64,000 nucleotides of DNA. Source: Azolla caroliniana (lineage: Eukaryota > Plantae > Polypodiophyta). Of the stretch, positions 19,170 through 33,502 are shown piece after piece; the first letter of the stretch is position 1, and the number at the start of each line of letters is the position of its first letter. The notes beneath the pieces are model-generated. The model did no database searches, was not told the DNA's origin, and saw nothing but the letters and a program-made list of their open reading frames with translations. The translations under genes and the position numbers were made by a program. Where the stretch lies: assembly GCA_043228905.1 (NCBI GenBank), contig JBHGNT010000014.1:13578001-13642000 (forward strand), written 5' to 3'.

Positions 19170-19790
19170 CACTCAAAAAGTTATCTCCCACCAGTAGGAT
19201 TGAGAATAACTCATAAGGACTATGTCTCGTTGATATATGCTTGGAGCTATCATGAGGAAACTCCAAAATAGGAAGATACTATTCCCATTCTTTAGGTTTA
19301 TTGGTGACACACACTTCAAGCATATCCGTAATGATTTGATCAACACATTCTATTTGTCCATTAGATCGAGGATGGTTTTTGGAACTCGTGCTCAAAGTAG
19401 TTTCTAGTTTTTTAAAGCCTTGCATGTAGAAATCACTAGTAAACATAGGATCTCTATCACCCACTATATTTATTGGTAACTTATAAAATTGGAATAACTC
19501 ATCAACAAATTTGTAAGAAAGTCTTGAGTTGTCACTGTAGTTTCCATTGCAATGAATCTAGCAAATTTTGTTAATCTATCAATAACCACACAAATGGCAT
19601 CATGACCTTTCTAAGTATGTGGGAAACTAACAAGGAAATCCATCGATATACTTTCGCATTTGTTATTAAGAATATCCAAAGAATGTAAAATACCTACAAC
19701 CTTAAGTTGTTGAGTCTTGTTTACTAGAGGTGTCGTGTCATTAACATAATATTCTACGTCAAGATGCACTTTAGGCTAAAACCCTTATTT
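19170..19790 (-). pseudogene. Decayed Ty3/gypsy integrase remnant
   Basis: Minus-strand translation ESISMDFLVSFP..GHDAICVVIDRLTKFARFI followed by IVGDRDPMFTSDF..LSTSSKNHPRSNGQIECVDQIITDML, a degenerate rve core with stops/frameshifts. Boundaries are approximate. Confidence 0.8.
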
Positions 19791-21422
19791 CTGAAATATC
19801 CACATGTAGCTATTTTTGGTGTGTTATGTTTACCAACAAATTGTGACAGATTAGGCATAGAAGCCAAGGATTTAATTATGGTTCTTCTTTGATGTATGAC
19901 CATGACAAAATAAAATTTCTAATATTGCTTTCTCAAGATTGGTAGGATCCTTATCATGGACTGACTTGTGATAATCAGAGTTAGGAGTAAAAGACATAAT
20001 CATTGAGGGAAGAAAATTTCCAGTTGGAAAGATTAAGTAGGTGTTGTGCTACTTTAGTCTTATAAGGAGGAAGTTGGAAAAACTATTTCTTAGATACATC
20101 AACAAGTCCTCCCATGCATTGAGCAATTTTTGTCCATTGTGAATCCCATGCCACATAACCGATAGCTTTATTATGTCATAGCTTACGGTTGACATAGGAA
20201 ATCTTGGTATGATCGGGCTTGAAGTAGAGCTCAAAATGAGACTCCCAACGACCACGCCATCTGTGAATAGTTTCTTTGGTTCTTTCCTTCTTATAACCCA
20301 TGTAAGATTTCATGAAAAAGGACGATTCACCTATGGTTTTCTTTCATGAAAGAACTCACGTACATATCAGGCACATGAGGCTCAAGAGCTACGTGAGATT
20401 TTCGAAGCTAAAAAAGCTCAATCAAGGTGGAATTGAGGATATATTGTATTTGTTGCACCATTGGTAGTAGTTGGTGTGTTGGTTTGCACCATTGGTGGAA
20501 TGGCATATGACTTATCTATATCATTGTTTTGCGCTATTGAGATGTCTTAACAAACAATTGGTAACATCTAGAGAACCATGCTTATAAAAAATAATATTTT
20601 TGGATAAACCTTGACAAGTATTTGATGAAGATTGATAGAGAAAAAAAACGAGTACAGAAGAAGGGAGAAGAGAACTTCAATTTTACTAATACAATGAGAA
20701 TACAAACTTTTTACATCATAAATACAACCACAAACTAAATAAGTAATATCACCCTATTCCATAATGTTCACTGTTTCTTCTCATCCTTCCAACTAAGACT
20801 CTTCTAGTCTAACTTCTTCGAAATCCAATCTTCTTCTTCCTCTTCTTCTTCTAAGTATCCTTGAGGTTATGTAAGGCGCTCAAGAGTTTCATGAATATAT
20901 CCTAAACACAAACATCGTTATCCTTTTTTGACACAGACTTACTATGGTTTATCACGATTTCTTCTATGTAGCTCCAATTTCCACATGCAAGATATTGTTG
21001 GAAATCTTGTGTCAGTAGCTTTTAAGTAATTTTTTCTTTCTCAACTTGGATGTTGGATATTGGATGAAGAAGTTTATGAGCTTTTTTTTCTAATTGAATC
21101 TTCTTATCCATGACATTTTTTTTTTTCTTTTTTACTTTTTTGAAAAATGCATTTATCTTTATCCATTTGAGTTTCTTCGTTCTTCGATTGTTATGATGCT
21201 TGATTCCTCAATATTAACCTTTATTCTTGATTGCCCGAATTTCCAACGTATTTGCAACAATCTTTCCTTTAGAACAAAAACTGACTTCACAGTATCATTC
21301 AATGAAAAAATCTCATGTTTGTACCCCTAATGGGCGTGTGAAGAAATGTTTCAAGAATAAGGACATTATGGTAAACATTAAGGTTTTTGTTTTCTAGAAA
21401 AATACGACTTCGCTAACATTAA

Positions 21423-22182
21423 GGTAATTTAAGTTTTTTTTTTTTTCAAAAAAAATAATCCTTCCATTAGTTATAAAATTTTGCATATGAGATTAATATA
21501 TACAAATCCCTGTAGGGACGCGATAGGTCCATCTTATGTGGATGCCCACCGACTCAATAAAGGGGGAGGTCAACCATTGCTAGATGAAGGCTAGTCGTCG
21601 TCTTTCAACTCCATTGGAGTCGCCCTTGAGGCCATCATATTGGCTTTTTAGAGTGGCTACAACTTCACTCCATATCTCTTGCATTAACACTATTGGTTGC
21701 GCGGTTTGGTTGGAGAAGACCCGTCTACACCGTTGTTTCCATAGAGTCCAAACATAAAGTTCTTTTGGTCTGGAAAATTGCAGTTCAGTATTACATTGGG
21801 CTGGCCAATTCCAACACAACTTGAGATTTGGCATTGATAGGAGTTAAGTGGACATTGTCGATGGTGGAGTAAAAAACCTCTTGTGCTTTTATCACCACAA
21901 CCATCCGCTCCTGATGCTCGTATTGTCAATTGGGGCATGCCACGATAGCCAACATATATTTCCCCACTTAATTAAGCCTTGCACTTGGCATAATTGCAAT
22001 AAGCGGCCAACCCCCTACCATATTCGATGGGACTCTGGGCAGTCCCACAAAGCGTGTCAGATTGATTCTATTGCATTTGGGCACGCTACATAATCAAGAG
22101 AACTAAGGTTCCCACGCTGCCATGCACCAACCGGTAGTGACCTATGTATTAATAGCCATTGGAAGGTGGTATTTTAAGTTTT
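21423..22182 (-). mobile_element. 5'-truncated L1-type LINE copy with poly(A) tail and probable TSD
   Basis: Minus-strand zf-RVT/C-terminal remnants (HALWDCPE; YVWTLWKQRCRRVF...QEIWSEVVATLKSQYDGLKGDS). Poly-T on + at ~21434-21446. Flanked by ggtaatttaagtttt (21423) and ggtattttaagtttt (22168). Confidence 0.8.
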
Positions 22183-24175
22183 AACAACCATGGGAGAGAC
22201 ATAAAAAAATGTTAGTTCCTTATCTCTATATTGAATGACGATGGAGGCTTCCAAAGGCTCAACCATAGTTGTCTACCATAAGGCATTATCTAGGCAACTA
22301 GACTATAACAATAAAATGTAAGCAATATGCCTAGTTTGGTGGTTTGTCTCTTTAAGTTCAACTCGAGGACCCCCAATTGCACATTTTTAAAAAATGCAAG
22401 AGAATGCCGATGTATAGAAAAGACATCTCAATGTTTAGTATTTCTCTCATCCTCAGTGGGTTGATCGCGTGTGGGACTCATGTAATTAGCGACCAAAGTC
22501 TTAGATAAGTTGGGGTGTTTATTTATGTCATCCTAGTGCAACTTGTTGTCCTTTAAATTTTATTTTTGGGTCTTGAACATATATGTAGATATAGATATCT
22601 ATATCCGACCCAATCCAATGGTGTTGTGTGAATAGGTGAGCCTACATGTATATACACGTAAGTTTTCTATGTTTAGAATTATATGCATATTTATATATAG
22701 AGATATATGGATATTTCATATCCTACGTAAAAAAAACACACTTGATATATTCGATTGTGAAAAAGAAAAGCACACCTAATATCCAAGCTGGAAAAAAAAT
22801 CGTAATCGATATCCAAACAAGGAAAACAAAAAGCATACCCAATATCCTCATCAAGAAAAAAGTATACCCATTTTCAACGAGGAAAGGAAGTCCCCATAAA
22901 TCTATATATAGTGATAAATTTAAAAATAAAATAAACGACATCTTATGGCAACAGTAACATATTCCACAAGTATCATTGAGGGTTTAAGGTTTAGCATTTG
23001 TTTTAACTATATTTCCAATGGCATATTGTCATCCTTGACAATTTCTCTTTACCTTGTCAAGAATGTGTTGTATCATGTATGTACACCATTTCTATCGATG
23101 ACATGAATTGATTGAATGTAGATGTCTCTAGACATGAATTGAAGGCCATTCCAACAATCCATATAGAATCAATATAACTAGTTAAAAAGGAGAAATAAGC
23201 TACTTTGGTCAAGGAAATGTTGGCATACTAATCGTTTGTAGAGTTAGAGAACTACACGTAAGTTGTTAAGCATACACATGGGGGAAGTTAAATTCAAATG
23301 AATGCTATTGTGAAGCTATATCCAATGAGGAGTCAAGGACAAAAGAACAAATGCATAATGTGCCTTAGTTTAGATATGTCATGGATAATACTTACTAGTT
23401 TTGACTTAAAAGAGGAGTCTGCCTAGACTTTGATCGGAAAGGTAATAGTTGTTGGTAATTCTTCAACATTTCCATTGCTTATCATAATTACATATGATGA
23501 AGAGATTGCATCAAAGTTATCACCAAACTCGGTGAACAATCCTTACTATATTGGTCATACACACCACATGTTATTTACAAGGATAAGTTATTGCACATTT
23601 TCTAGAAAATATTTGCAATTGAACCTTATTCAAATCATAGGATGGCTATCTTCTTTAAGTCCCTTGGTAAATATGATTAATAAGAATGGTGATTTTAGCG
23701 AGTTATATTTATAAAGATTTTCACAATTTAATACCATACCACTCCCAAAACAGCATAAACTATCTTTAGATATTTACTTTCAATCATGCTTGTTGATTGA
23801 GATCCATGCTTAAATAAATATCCTAAGCATCACAGATTTTGCTTGCATAACCTAGTAGAGTTGTCTAATATGAATGGAGATGCTTTTCGGGCATTGTATT
23901 TTTTGCTATATTAATCAGCACTTTTACATTGACCTCTCTTGATTCATCAACTTTGCTCCTGAATATTATTCAATATGTTCCCAAAAAAATGTTAAAAATA
24001 TTCCATGTCCATGAACTAATGACCACACATTATGGGCACAACACACTATGATGTAGTCAGACCTATTGACAAAATGTGTACCTACCACTGTGAAAGATTT
24101 ATACAAAATCCTTTACTTGTGATATCTTCTTTGATGATTCTTGCCTTTAATGTTGGATGCTTGAACTTTCCAAAT

Positions 24176-26010
24176 TTACCTTTTCTTTCTAGAATTCGTT
24201 GATGTTTTCCTACTTGATTGATTCCTGGTCGATTCTTTGCTACTTGATTCCTTTGTGGTCAATTCTTCGCTAGTCAATTCTGTGTTAGTTGATTCTTTGG
24301 TTGCCTCGCCTTTCTTCAAGAAGCCGTCCAAATTTATGCACCCACCCACAGCACAAAGCATGGCTAAGGTGAACATGGGTAAAGCAAAGACATCACTGTC
24401 CTTTCCACCCAGAGTATAGATGTACCAGAGCACTATCACCATTCCACATGCACTAACCAACATCATGCCAAGGATAGCGAAAAATGTCCCGATAATGCAT
24501 AAGTAGCAACCGATTTCAAGACCAAATTCAGACATAGACTTTTGTAGATGACCTTTGTTAGCCATGTTTGCATCCTTCAAGACATTGCTCCAATTAGGGA
24601 ATGCAAAAGGTTCATTGTCTGCAACAATAGCTTCGATCTTCGAAAATGCTAATCCTGGATAAAGGAGGGTCTTGACAATGGCTTCCGGAGCTCCATTAGC
24701 GAGAAGACTAGCGGCGACAACCTCTACCGGACTTGAGCACATCCCTTTATGGCAAGGAACACTGCAAGAGGAAGGGAATTGTAAAGAAAAAAAAAAGCGT
24801 TAGTTAAATCGTCAACCGATTACATTTCAACTAGAATATTCAACCGCCAACCACTAAAGAAAGAATAACGATACAAACAAGTGACCAAAAAACATATTAT
24901 ATAGACTCTAAATGAGAATCAATGCTTTCGAGCATTGCCTCCGAGAAAAACAATACCAACCCTTTTAATTAAGTGACACTCTCAGCCAATTCAGATCATT
25001 ATTCAAGCTGGGGAATGAACATGCAACCATCAATGTGATGCATGTACCTCACCACATTGTCGCATTCTGCAATAATTCATAGTGACAAGCTCTCTTTGAG
25101 AAAATTCAGTCTAATATCTTTGAAGAAGCTATTTGCATAGTTTTAAATGAAATATCATAGCCATTGGCACTCTCATCATTCTGCAATATTCATACTGACA
25201 AGCTCTCTTTGCGAAAATTCATTCTAATATCTTTGAAGAAGCTATTGCATAGTTTTAAACCAAATATCATAGCCATCGGCACACTCATAATTTGGGAATT
25301 ATAGTTGACCGAACATTTTCCCCATATATGATTTCACCCTGATTACATCTTAAATAGAAAGTTTTCGCTTGTAGGAACGGCATAATACAACATATATAAG
25401 GTTCATTCCATGTGCATTTTCCAAATAGATTTGACTCATCACATGCATTAAGATTTTCTTGCATCATTTCAACATGATAGATAGCATCCAAAAGAGAAGT
25501 TTTGATGTGTATGAAGGGATGATACAACCTATGAGTCATTCCATCTGCACTTATCAATAAATCGTCGATCCAACACACAAGAAAACCACAAAATCATGAA
25601 TTCAGAATCATTTTTCGACCTCGATTTTATTGTGATTGTGTCTAAGAAAGAGGATTTAGACTGCACAATGGAAATAATATAGCATATACATCTCTACCAG
25701 ACATAGGAAACTGGAAATTCAGAAAAACAAATTCCAACATAGTTCTCCCCCCCCCCCTCAGATCGCACCAAAAAATAGAATGTGTTATCTTTTCAAAAAT
25801 GATCAAAAGCTGATGAGGATTTCCGAGCCAGAAGACCTGCAAAAAGAAGAGGAAGAAGAAGAAGAAGAGGAAGAAGAAGAAGAAGAGGAAGAGGATGAAT
25901 GCTGTTACTGACCTGAAGATAGGGAAAGAGAAGAAGATGACGAGGACGTAGAATTGAGAAGCCCGTTGGCTCCATCCTCCGAAGGTCTGATTTGATCTCA
26001 CCCCGGCCAT
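24176..26010 (-). CDS. Conserved uncharacterised plant multi-pass membrane protein (AT1G80200-like as recalled); exons 26010-25913 and 24761-24176
   Basis: MAGVRSNQTFGGWSQRASQFYVLVIFFSFPIFS|VPCHKGMCSSPVEVVAASLL...VKTLLYPG...FPNWSNVL...LEIGCYLCIIG. The PCxxGxCxSP / KxLLYPG / PxWxNVL pattern is that of a known plant family of unknown function. Phase-2 GT-AG intron. Confidence 0.75.
25063..25288. repeat. ~114-bp two-copy tandem duplication in an intron
   Basis: cattctgcaat...gacaagctctctttg...gaagaagctatt...ggcac repeated at 25063 and 25177. Confidence 0.9.
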
Positions 26011-26871
26011 AGACACTGTTCTGCCCTACTCTGTTCTGTTCTGTTCTGCTCTGCTCTGCTCTGTTCTGCCCTACTCTGTTCTGAAGTCAACAAAAATAAG
26101 TTATAAGTTATAACATACATACATATTAGTGATATTACACACAAATATACATACATATGTACATACTGATTAGTGGTGGCCATATGTTTTAAATTTTAAT
26201 GAACAAATATGTAAGAGTGAAGTCAATTGTGGTGTATGGGTAGGGATGGGCACCCACATGAGAGATTGGGGCTCTTCACACGCACGATCTTGCGCACATC
26301 CACTACTACATCTACAACGTCCAAGGAATCGAAAATCAATGCTTTACGGGACCCACCCATCATAAGTCAAAAAGAGCCCCCTCCCCCTTTGTCCCGATGA
26401 GATCTAACCAAGTCTTCGGAAAACGTCATTGACACATGACACTAGATTTATACATTCATTGAACATTGATCGCCTAACGTGTGAGAAAGTAAAGCTTAGA
26501 ACACTAGATCGACATTCGGATGACATGCCCGCCTAATCGAATGAAGCATATGCAATGATTGGAAAACCCGATCCCTAAGCATGATTTGCAAGTGTATAGC
26601 CATGGTGCCATGCCGATCCATCATTGGCCAGGCACTATATGTATGTATGTGTTATCAGTCATTTTCTAACATTAGCTTGAGTTCCACGATCAGAATTTAA
26701 AATCCCCTTAAGCTTGACGCTTGATCCAGAAGAAGAAGAAGAAGAAGAAGCAATTGAAAGCAATTGTGAAGGGAGGGGCAAGCGGAGGAAAAGAGCATTC
26801 CATCGACATGATTGCCCAGAGAAGCAAACTGATGGAAAAAAGGAAACGTTTTATATAACATATATGGATCC

Positions 26872-27022
26872 ATGGATTGAAGAGGCGCATTTCAAGCAAG
26901 CTAAGGAAATTCCCATCTGATCTTATGGATTGAAGCGGCGCATTTCAAGGAAGCTAAGCAAATTTCCCATCTGATCTATGAATTTAAGAGCAACATTTCA
27001 AGCAAGCTAAGCAAAACCCATC
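26872..27022 (+). repeat. ~53-bp tandem repeat (about 2.8 copies) upstream of the ENGase start
   Basis: atggattgaag(a/c)ggcgcatttcaag(c/g)aagctaag...cccatctgatct repeated. Confidence 0.85.
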
Positions 27023-27061
27023 TCGCAGAACAATTCAGCAGATACTTCCAGATCGAACCAT

Positions 27062-30000
27062 ATGTCTCTACCCATCTCCTACCCTCTGAAAACGCTAGAT
27101 GACCTAGAGAATCGTTCATACTTCGATGCTTTCCATTTCCCATACAATAAGAGCAGTGTGCCTCTTTCTAGTTATGCTGTGGGGAATCGACCAAGATTGC
27201 TTGTGTGCCATGACATGAAAGATGGGTACCTAGAGGATAAATGGATTCAGGGGAGCAACAAAGACGACATCTATGCTATTTGGCATTGGCATCTTATTGA
27301 TATATTTGTATACTTCTCGCACTCACTCGTCACTCTGCCCCCTCCTTGTTGGACCAATGCAGCCCACAAACACGGTGTTCAGGTGATCTCATTGTCTCTC
27401 ACTCTTTGGTTTTGTATGTATTTGAGGATTTACATGCCACCTATGCAAGTGTCCATCTTTCTATTCTGTGAGAGACAGTGAACTAATGCACAAAGACGGT
27501 GTACACGGACAAGTTCGTAGTCCCTTCCTCTTTGTTCTGTGTTGAGAATTGATTGATCGCATGCCACCTGTGCATGTTACATCGTGTGTTCCATTCATCA
27601 AACTCCTCTCTAAATATGGTTTGTGCAGTGTGTTACTGGACCACTGCCAGCACTCGGTTTTGGTAATGTCTCAAGATGTAACCCTACATAGAACAATGCT
27701 ATTGAAATATTGTGAATTGTTCCAACACGTGAATGCCTTGAGCTGTAGGCTTACTTAACACTACATTAGTTTCTGTGTACCAAAGACGTTATGAATCTCT
27801 GCTCTAATGGGGTTTAGGTTTCTTGTTCCAATATGTTTCCTGATGGGTTGTTTAATCTCTCATCATGGAGACCTACCTAAAAAGGTGAAAGTTGGGTCAA
27901 ATTGCTGGAACAAGGGAACCCATCTCCCTGGTAAGAACAGTGTGAATAAAGATGATACACTAAGGTCCTTATGATAGCATCAAATGAATACCCATAGATC
28001 CGTAAGTATATGTTAGGAGCATGTACATGACTATGCATCTAATATTCCAATAAAGTAAAACATTATAGGTATTGTAGCCATGCTTTTTATTTGCTACTGG
28101 GAGTCAAATCAACAGAAGAAATAGTGAAATCAGCAATTAGGAGGTGCATACAGCTGATCTGCAATTTAGATAGCTAAGATCTGGATATGGGTCACATTGT
28201 CCATACAAAAGTTGCCTGAAATGCATACAAGCTTTCTAATGGGTTCAATTGTTTGGCTCGGGTCCATCGTTGTTGAGCAGACTTTCTACTCTGGGTTATA
28301 TGAACCTACTTCATTTCTTTTTAATAGCATAGTAGAGCTTAAATAGTATACATAGTTTGTTCTCTCCCATTTCTCCTAAACCTTTCCAGCTATCGACATG
28401 TTTCGTGAATGATGTTGCCCAGCATAAGTATCACATGTGTTCTTTGCATTATTCTTTTCATCTGCTTGTCCAGACCAAATTTACAAAATGGACTCATGGT
28501 TAAATTGGTTGGTTTAGGATTTGGTTTGCTTAGCCTTCAAGTTGTGTCCACAGGTATTAGGTACTTTCATTACTGAATGGGATGAAGGATATACTGTGTG
28601 TAAAAGGTTGTTAGAATCGAATGATTCTATCAAAATGTATGCGTCACGGTTATCTGAACTTGCTTCGGTTTTGGGCTTTGATGGATGGCTGGTGAGAGTT
28701 TCAACGTAATATAGTTCAATTTAGCTCTATATTTTTATGGGATAATCTCTAATTTCATAAATAATTTAAGTTTGATATTTATATAGATTTGACTTTTAAT
28801 TTACCTGAATTTTGACTTTGATCTGTGAAATAGATTAACATTGAAAACAAGGTGGATAAGGATGATGTGAATAAGCTCTTGGATTTTGTAAATCTGCTTA
28901 CTTCATACATGCATGAAAGAGTACCTGGTTCAACTGTTATCTGGTATTTCCTATATTGTCCCAACAAATTGTTATCCAATTTTTCATGTTATTGGTGTGC
29001 TCATAAAACAGTTTCTTAGGATTTGGATTTGCCACATAATTGTAACAGGTATGATAGTGTTACCAAGGATGGAGAACTGAAATGGCAGGATTGCTTGAAT
29101 GACCTCAATCATTGTTTCTTTGATCTTTGTGATGGCATATTCACAAACTATACCTGGACGGTTAGATAGTGAACATATGCTTCATATCTCCATACCCTCA
29201 TGTTTTAGGTCCATGTAATAATTATTATTGTTTTAACTTCAACAGAAGAATGATCCTATTGAATCCGCAATAAAAGCTGGTAGCAGGAAGTATGATGTTT
29301 ACATGGGTGTTGATGTTTTTGGAAGAAATACATTTGGAGGTGGTGGTTATCAGGTGTTTGTAATTATACTAGTTTTCTGCTTCTGATACAGTGACAACAG
29401 TTTTCACTGTATAGTTTAAACTTTTTTCGAGAGAGTAACATTAAAAATTTATTGTTATAAAATTTGAATATATACATATTCTTACTCTTTATATTTTAGA
29501 GTAATGTGGCGTTAAAAGCTGCAAGAGATGCTGATGTTTCGGCAGCAATATTTGCTCCTGGTTGGGTTTATGAAACCGATCAAGGGCCTACATTCTCAGC
29601 TGCCCAAAATCGGTAAGTATGTGAGAGCTATAAAAATAAATAAATATAACTGCCTTGTTAAGAAGACATACAACGGAAATGTAACGTAATGATGGGAACC
29701 AACAGAAAAATAACAAAGGAATATTGTGCTAGAAATGTACTCTTGTTGTCAATAATCCCTCGCATTATAGTTGCGCCAGTTATTCCTAGCTTTTTGCATT
29801 GTATTTATTTTTTCTCTGGTAACACATAAATATGTATGTGGTTTTGTCTAATAACCCTTTTTGGTCTCTGTGAACTCTCAGAAGAAAACTTTCTTTCTTT
29901 ATTTCTTTTTGTATTGTATCTTTGGTTATGTTCGACAACACATACAGATACACGTGCACAGGTTTTGTTTTTGACAAATGTGTGTTTGGTAAAAATGAGA

Positions 30001-33000
30001 TTATGAATTTATATCTGCATTCCCATTTTCATGCTCTTTGATTTCCAAATTTGATATAATTTTCATGTTTATGGCTATTGACTGGCAGTTGGTGGGGTCT
30101 TGTGGCAGATTGCTGGCCTTTGGCTCGATGCTATCCAACTCAGATCCCTTTCTTCTCAAACTTTGATCAGGTAAAAATACAGCTCATGTGCTAAATGGGT
30201 CCTGTTAAATAAATCTCTTCATATTACTAGACTTAAAATCATGATTGTGTTTGCTTTTTATTAGGGTTTTGGTAAAGAGATATATCTATCTGGAAGTAAA
30301 ATATCAGGAAAACCATGGAGTAACATATCGTGCCAGAATTTACAGGTTACTTATCAATGTACCATTTACTATTTTATGTACAACTAGTTTTTTACTATAT
30401 AAATTGCATGGCCATGGTTCACTGAATTAATTTGAGGGCATATCCATATGTCTACATTCATGTGCTGAGTTTGTTGCAGGTTTATGTATTGTCTCTGGAT
30501 TTATCTTATCTTTTCTTTTCTCATAATGGAAAACGAGTCATAAATTGCTCATTCGTTTAGGAACCTATCCTTAGTTGAAGCATGTAATACCATTGCAGTT
30601 TTGACTGACAGAGACACATTTATACGTACATATGTGGTAACATGGATACACTGATAGACAATCAACTGGGAGGGATGTTTCATAAACTGTGTTCACAGGT
30701 TTATTTGATATCTGATTGTTCATCATATGTGAAACATTAATTTGGCCATCCGGAACTTGATGACGGGAATTCTTTATCTTCATTTCAGTGTGTATTTGAT
30801 GAATGGAATCCATCCAATTTTATGTTTAAATTCTAGGTTTTGGGGGATTATTACATAGTGGATGTTTGTTTTTAATGCTCAAGATGGTATGGTGTTTCTT
30901 ATTCTTTCTTTCCAGTCTTATGGACGATTTTCTTCAAAAGAAGTGTCTGGTTTCTCATCTTTCCATTCTTTCCAAGAGGCGGATAGAGAGAGAGTTTAGG
31001 GTTTAGGGTTTGCGGAATTGGGGATTGCGTCAGAATTGGGATATGCGCAATGCTTTTGTATTCGATGGTAGGCATGGAGTCAAAGCATATTTACGGAAGT
31101 TGAAGAGAGTACTAATGTGACATTTTTCTTTATTGAGCAAGTAGAAATTCTTTTCTCTGTGGAGTGTTCATCTTGCCTATAGGCAATTCAACATGTTCCA
31201 CTACCTATGTAGTTAGTGGGCGACCATACTTCATTGTGACACCCATTGTAAGTCGTGTTTTTCACACTTTTATTAATATAATTGTGTGTTTTCACCATAG
31301 TGAGATTTTAACTTCGGGGTGCTTGGGATAGTAGAATCTTGGTTTACTCTTAAGGCATAACCCTGATAGGGAAGAAAAGTGACATACTAATAACATCCAT
31401 ATCATGCTTGCACCCTTTTTATGGCACTAAGAGCATGAAAATTGAATTTACAGGGGAAGGGACCAAATATTTCTCTCTTTCTCTCTCCCCATCACATTTT
31501 CTGTTGTTCATCTTATTGGTTTCTCTTCTATTTTTAGCTCCTTTTTTATAGAATAATGTTTATTCTCTCTTTATTCTCAGTAAGATATGCAGTTTTGATC
31601 ATCATATGAAGATGATATTTATGAAAATGAGTCTCTGGTCTTTCTTTGAAGGCTGTAGTTGTGTGTGCAGCCTTTGCTTAACATTGGATTACAGCCCAAG
31701 GATGGATCTTTTGAAAGCATCGTCAGGTAGATACAAAAGATGACCATTTTTTCTTAACCATGATCTTTGTTTAAGATCAGATTTATTTATTTTCTTTTGC
31801 AATTTCTGTGTCATTTAACAAATATGTTCAAGTTTGAACGCAAACTTCTGACATAGTAATATGAGGAGTTTTGGCAGTGAAGACTACCCTGTATATAGTG
31901 GAGGATCGTGTGTTCATTTTATGGGCAGCATGAGGAGGCAAATTTGCTGCATGACACTTCTATACAAAGCTGATGCAGCTGTTAACACACCTCTTACGGT
32001 ATCGTACACGGTAAAAGCCATATCTATTTGTATTTCAATTAATTGAGTATGGTATCATACTTCCGGCAGAAATCACTTCCATAATAAAACCTGCCATGAT
32101 ATTTAGATGAAGATGGTATTTCCCATTTTCTTGAAAGACAAATATTGCTTTTAGAGCATTTTAGTAACGTTGTGTGTTTATATGTTGGGTGCACATCATA
32201 CAAATTTGATGTACTGTAATGGGTTACTGGTTATTCGGATTCCTTTTCACATTGTACAGTAAGAAGTAGTATCCTCACAACTGGAAAGTCAATAGAGTTT
32301 CATCACTGATGCTTTGTTCTATTAATGGAATTGACATCTTATGTTTGATTTTTTAATGTTTCCAGGCAAGGTGCCAAAGAGATTCAAGACTGTCACTCCT
32401 TTTGAAGATTAATGATGAAAAAGATGTTGTGTATGTGTTATTGGTGGGACCTAATGAAGAAGTGAACCATTGTGAACTCTCAAATATAAATATTTTATGC
32501 CCTAATAATAATAATGCAGACAATGAAGTCCTAAGCTGGAGGCTTAGAGAATACAAATTGGAATTAAATGGCAGACTGACTGGCATTTCAAGCATAAGTT
32601 ACTTTGGAAAGTTAAATGCCAAGAGAATGTTTGATGGTATTGAATATGGAGATTCTCCAGAAATATGCACCTATGATGCGTGCCTTGGGCATATAGCCAT
32701 CTCTAATGATGCAAATAATGACTTTAATATATTGACTTTCAAATGTAGTGGGGTATCTTGGGGAGAGGTTATTGGGAAGAGGGTGGTCAGCTTGAAGCTC
32801 AATTGGACAGTGGAAAGCTTGAATGAGGCCGAAATCGTAAATTACCGCATTTATGTGGCCACAGATGCCGCCAATGATGGTGAGTTTGAGCACTTGGGGG
32901 TTGCAATGGTTAAATCTTTCTATATATCCGAGCTTCCGGTGCTGGAGGGTACCCGGACACTGACCTTCTACTTACAAGTGTCTTGCATGCGTGGTGTCTC

Positions 33001-33046
33001 AACTAAGCTTGCCCAGGCTCCTTGTGTAACCATTCAAATTCCTTAG
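27062..33046 (+). CDS. Cytosolic endo-beta-N-acetylglucosaminidase (GH85 ENGase); exons 27062-27382, 28554-28691, 28834-28943, 29049-29160, 29246-29353, 29500-29612, 30089-30170, 30265-30345, 31671-31726, 31878-32010, 32366-33046
   Basis: PISYPLKTL, LLVCHDMKDGY, IDIFVYFSH, WTNAAHKHGVQ|VLGTFITEW, catalytic GFDGWL|INIEN (N-x-E), IWYDSVT, DGIFTNYTW, YMGVDVFGR, SAAIFAPGWVYE. All introns are GT-AG and in phase. Confidence 0.93.
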
Positions 33047-33502
33047 ATTGATGCATAACCATACCGTATCCACCCCAGTTATAATCATTTTCTAAGATGT
33101 TTCATTACATAACCATTAAATGTAACTAAACTGCACTTGGATAACAGGCTGGATAATACAATCCAATTTAATAAAAACCTAGTCGATCATAAATTTTCCA
33201 TTCCTGCAATAGTAGTCCAAATTGAATGTATAGTATTGATGGTGACTATGCTTTTTAAACCCAATGTCTACTAAAGGTGGTTCATGTTTATTATATTATC
33301 ACTGTAGATTATCGATATGAGGTAACCCATGGATAGTGTAAAAATATGGTACCATGGCATAAAGGATACTTCTAATTTAGTGCTCTTATACCCATGAATT
33401 ATGGAGCTTTGATAAATAAAGATACTTGGATTCATAAATTCAAACATTTTTAAAATCAAGTAAATGATGTGATTCAAATGCGCACATGGAACGGTATAAC
33501 CA

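Noticed and set aside
20049-20255. Gag remnant belonging to the 19.2-19.8 kb integrase fragment
   Set aside because: Only a faint W..AWEDL resemblance, too weak to call.
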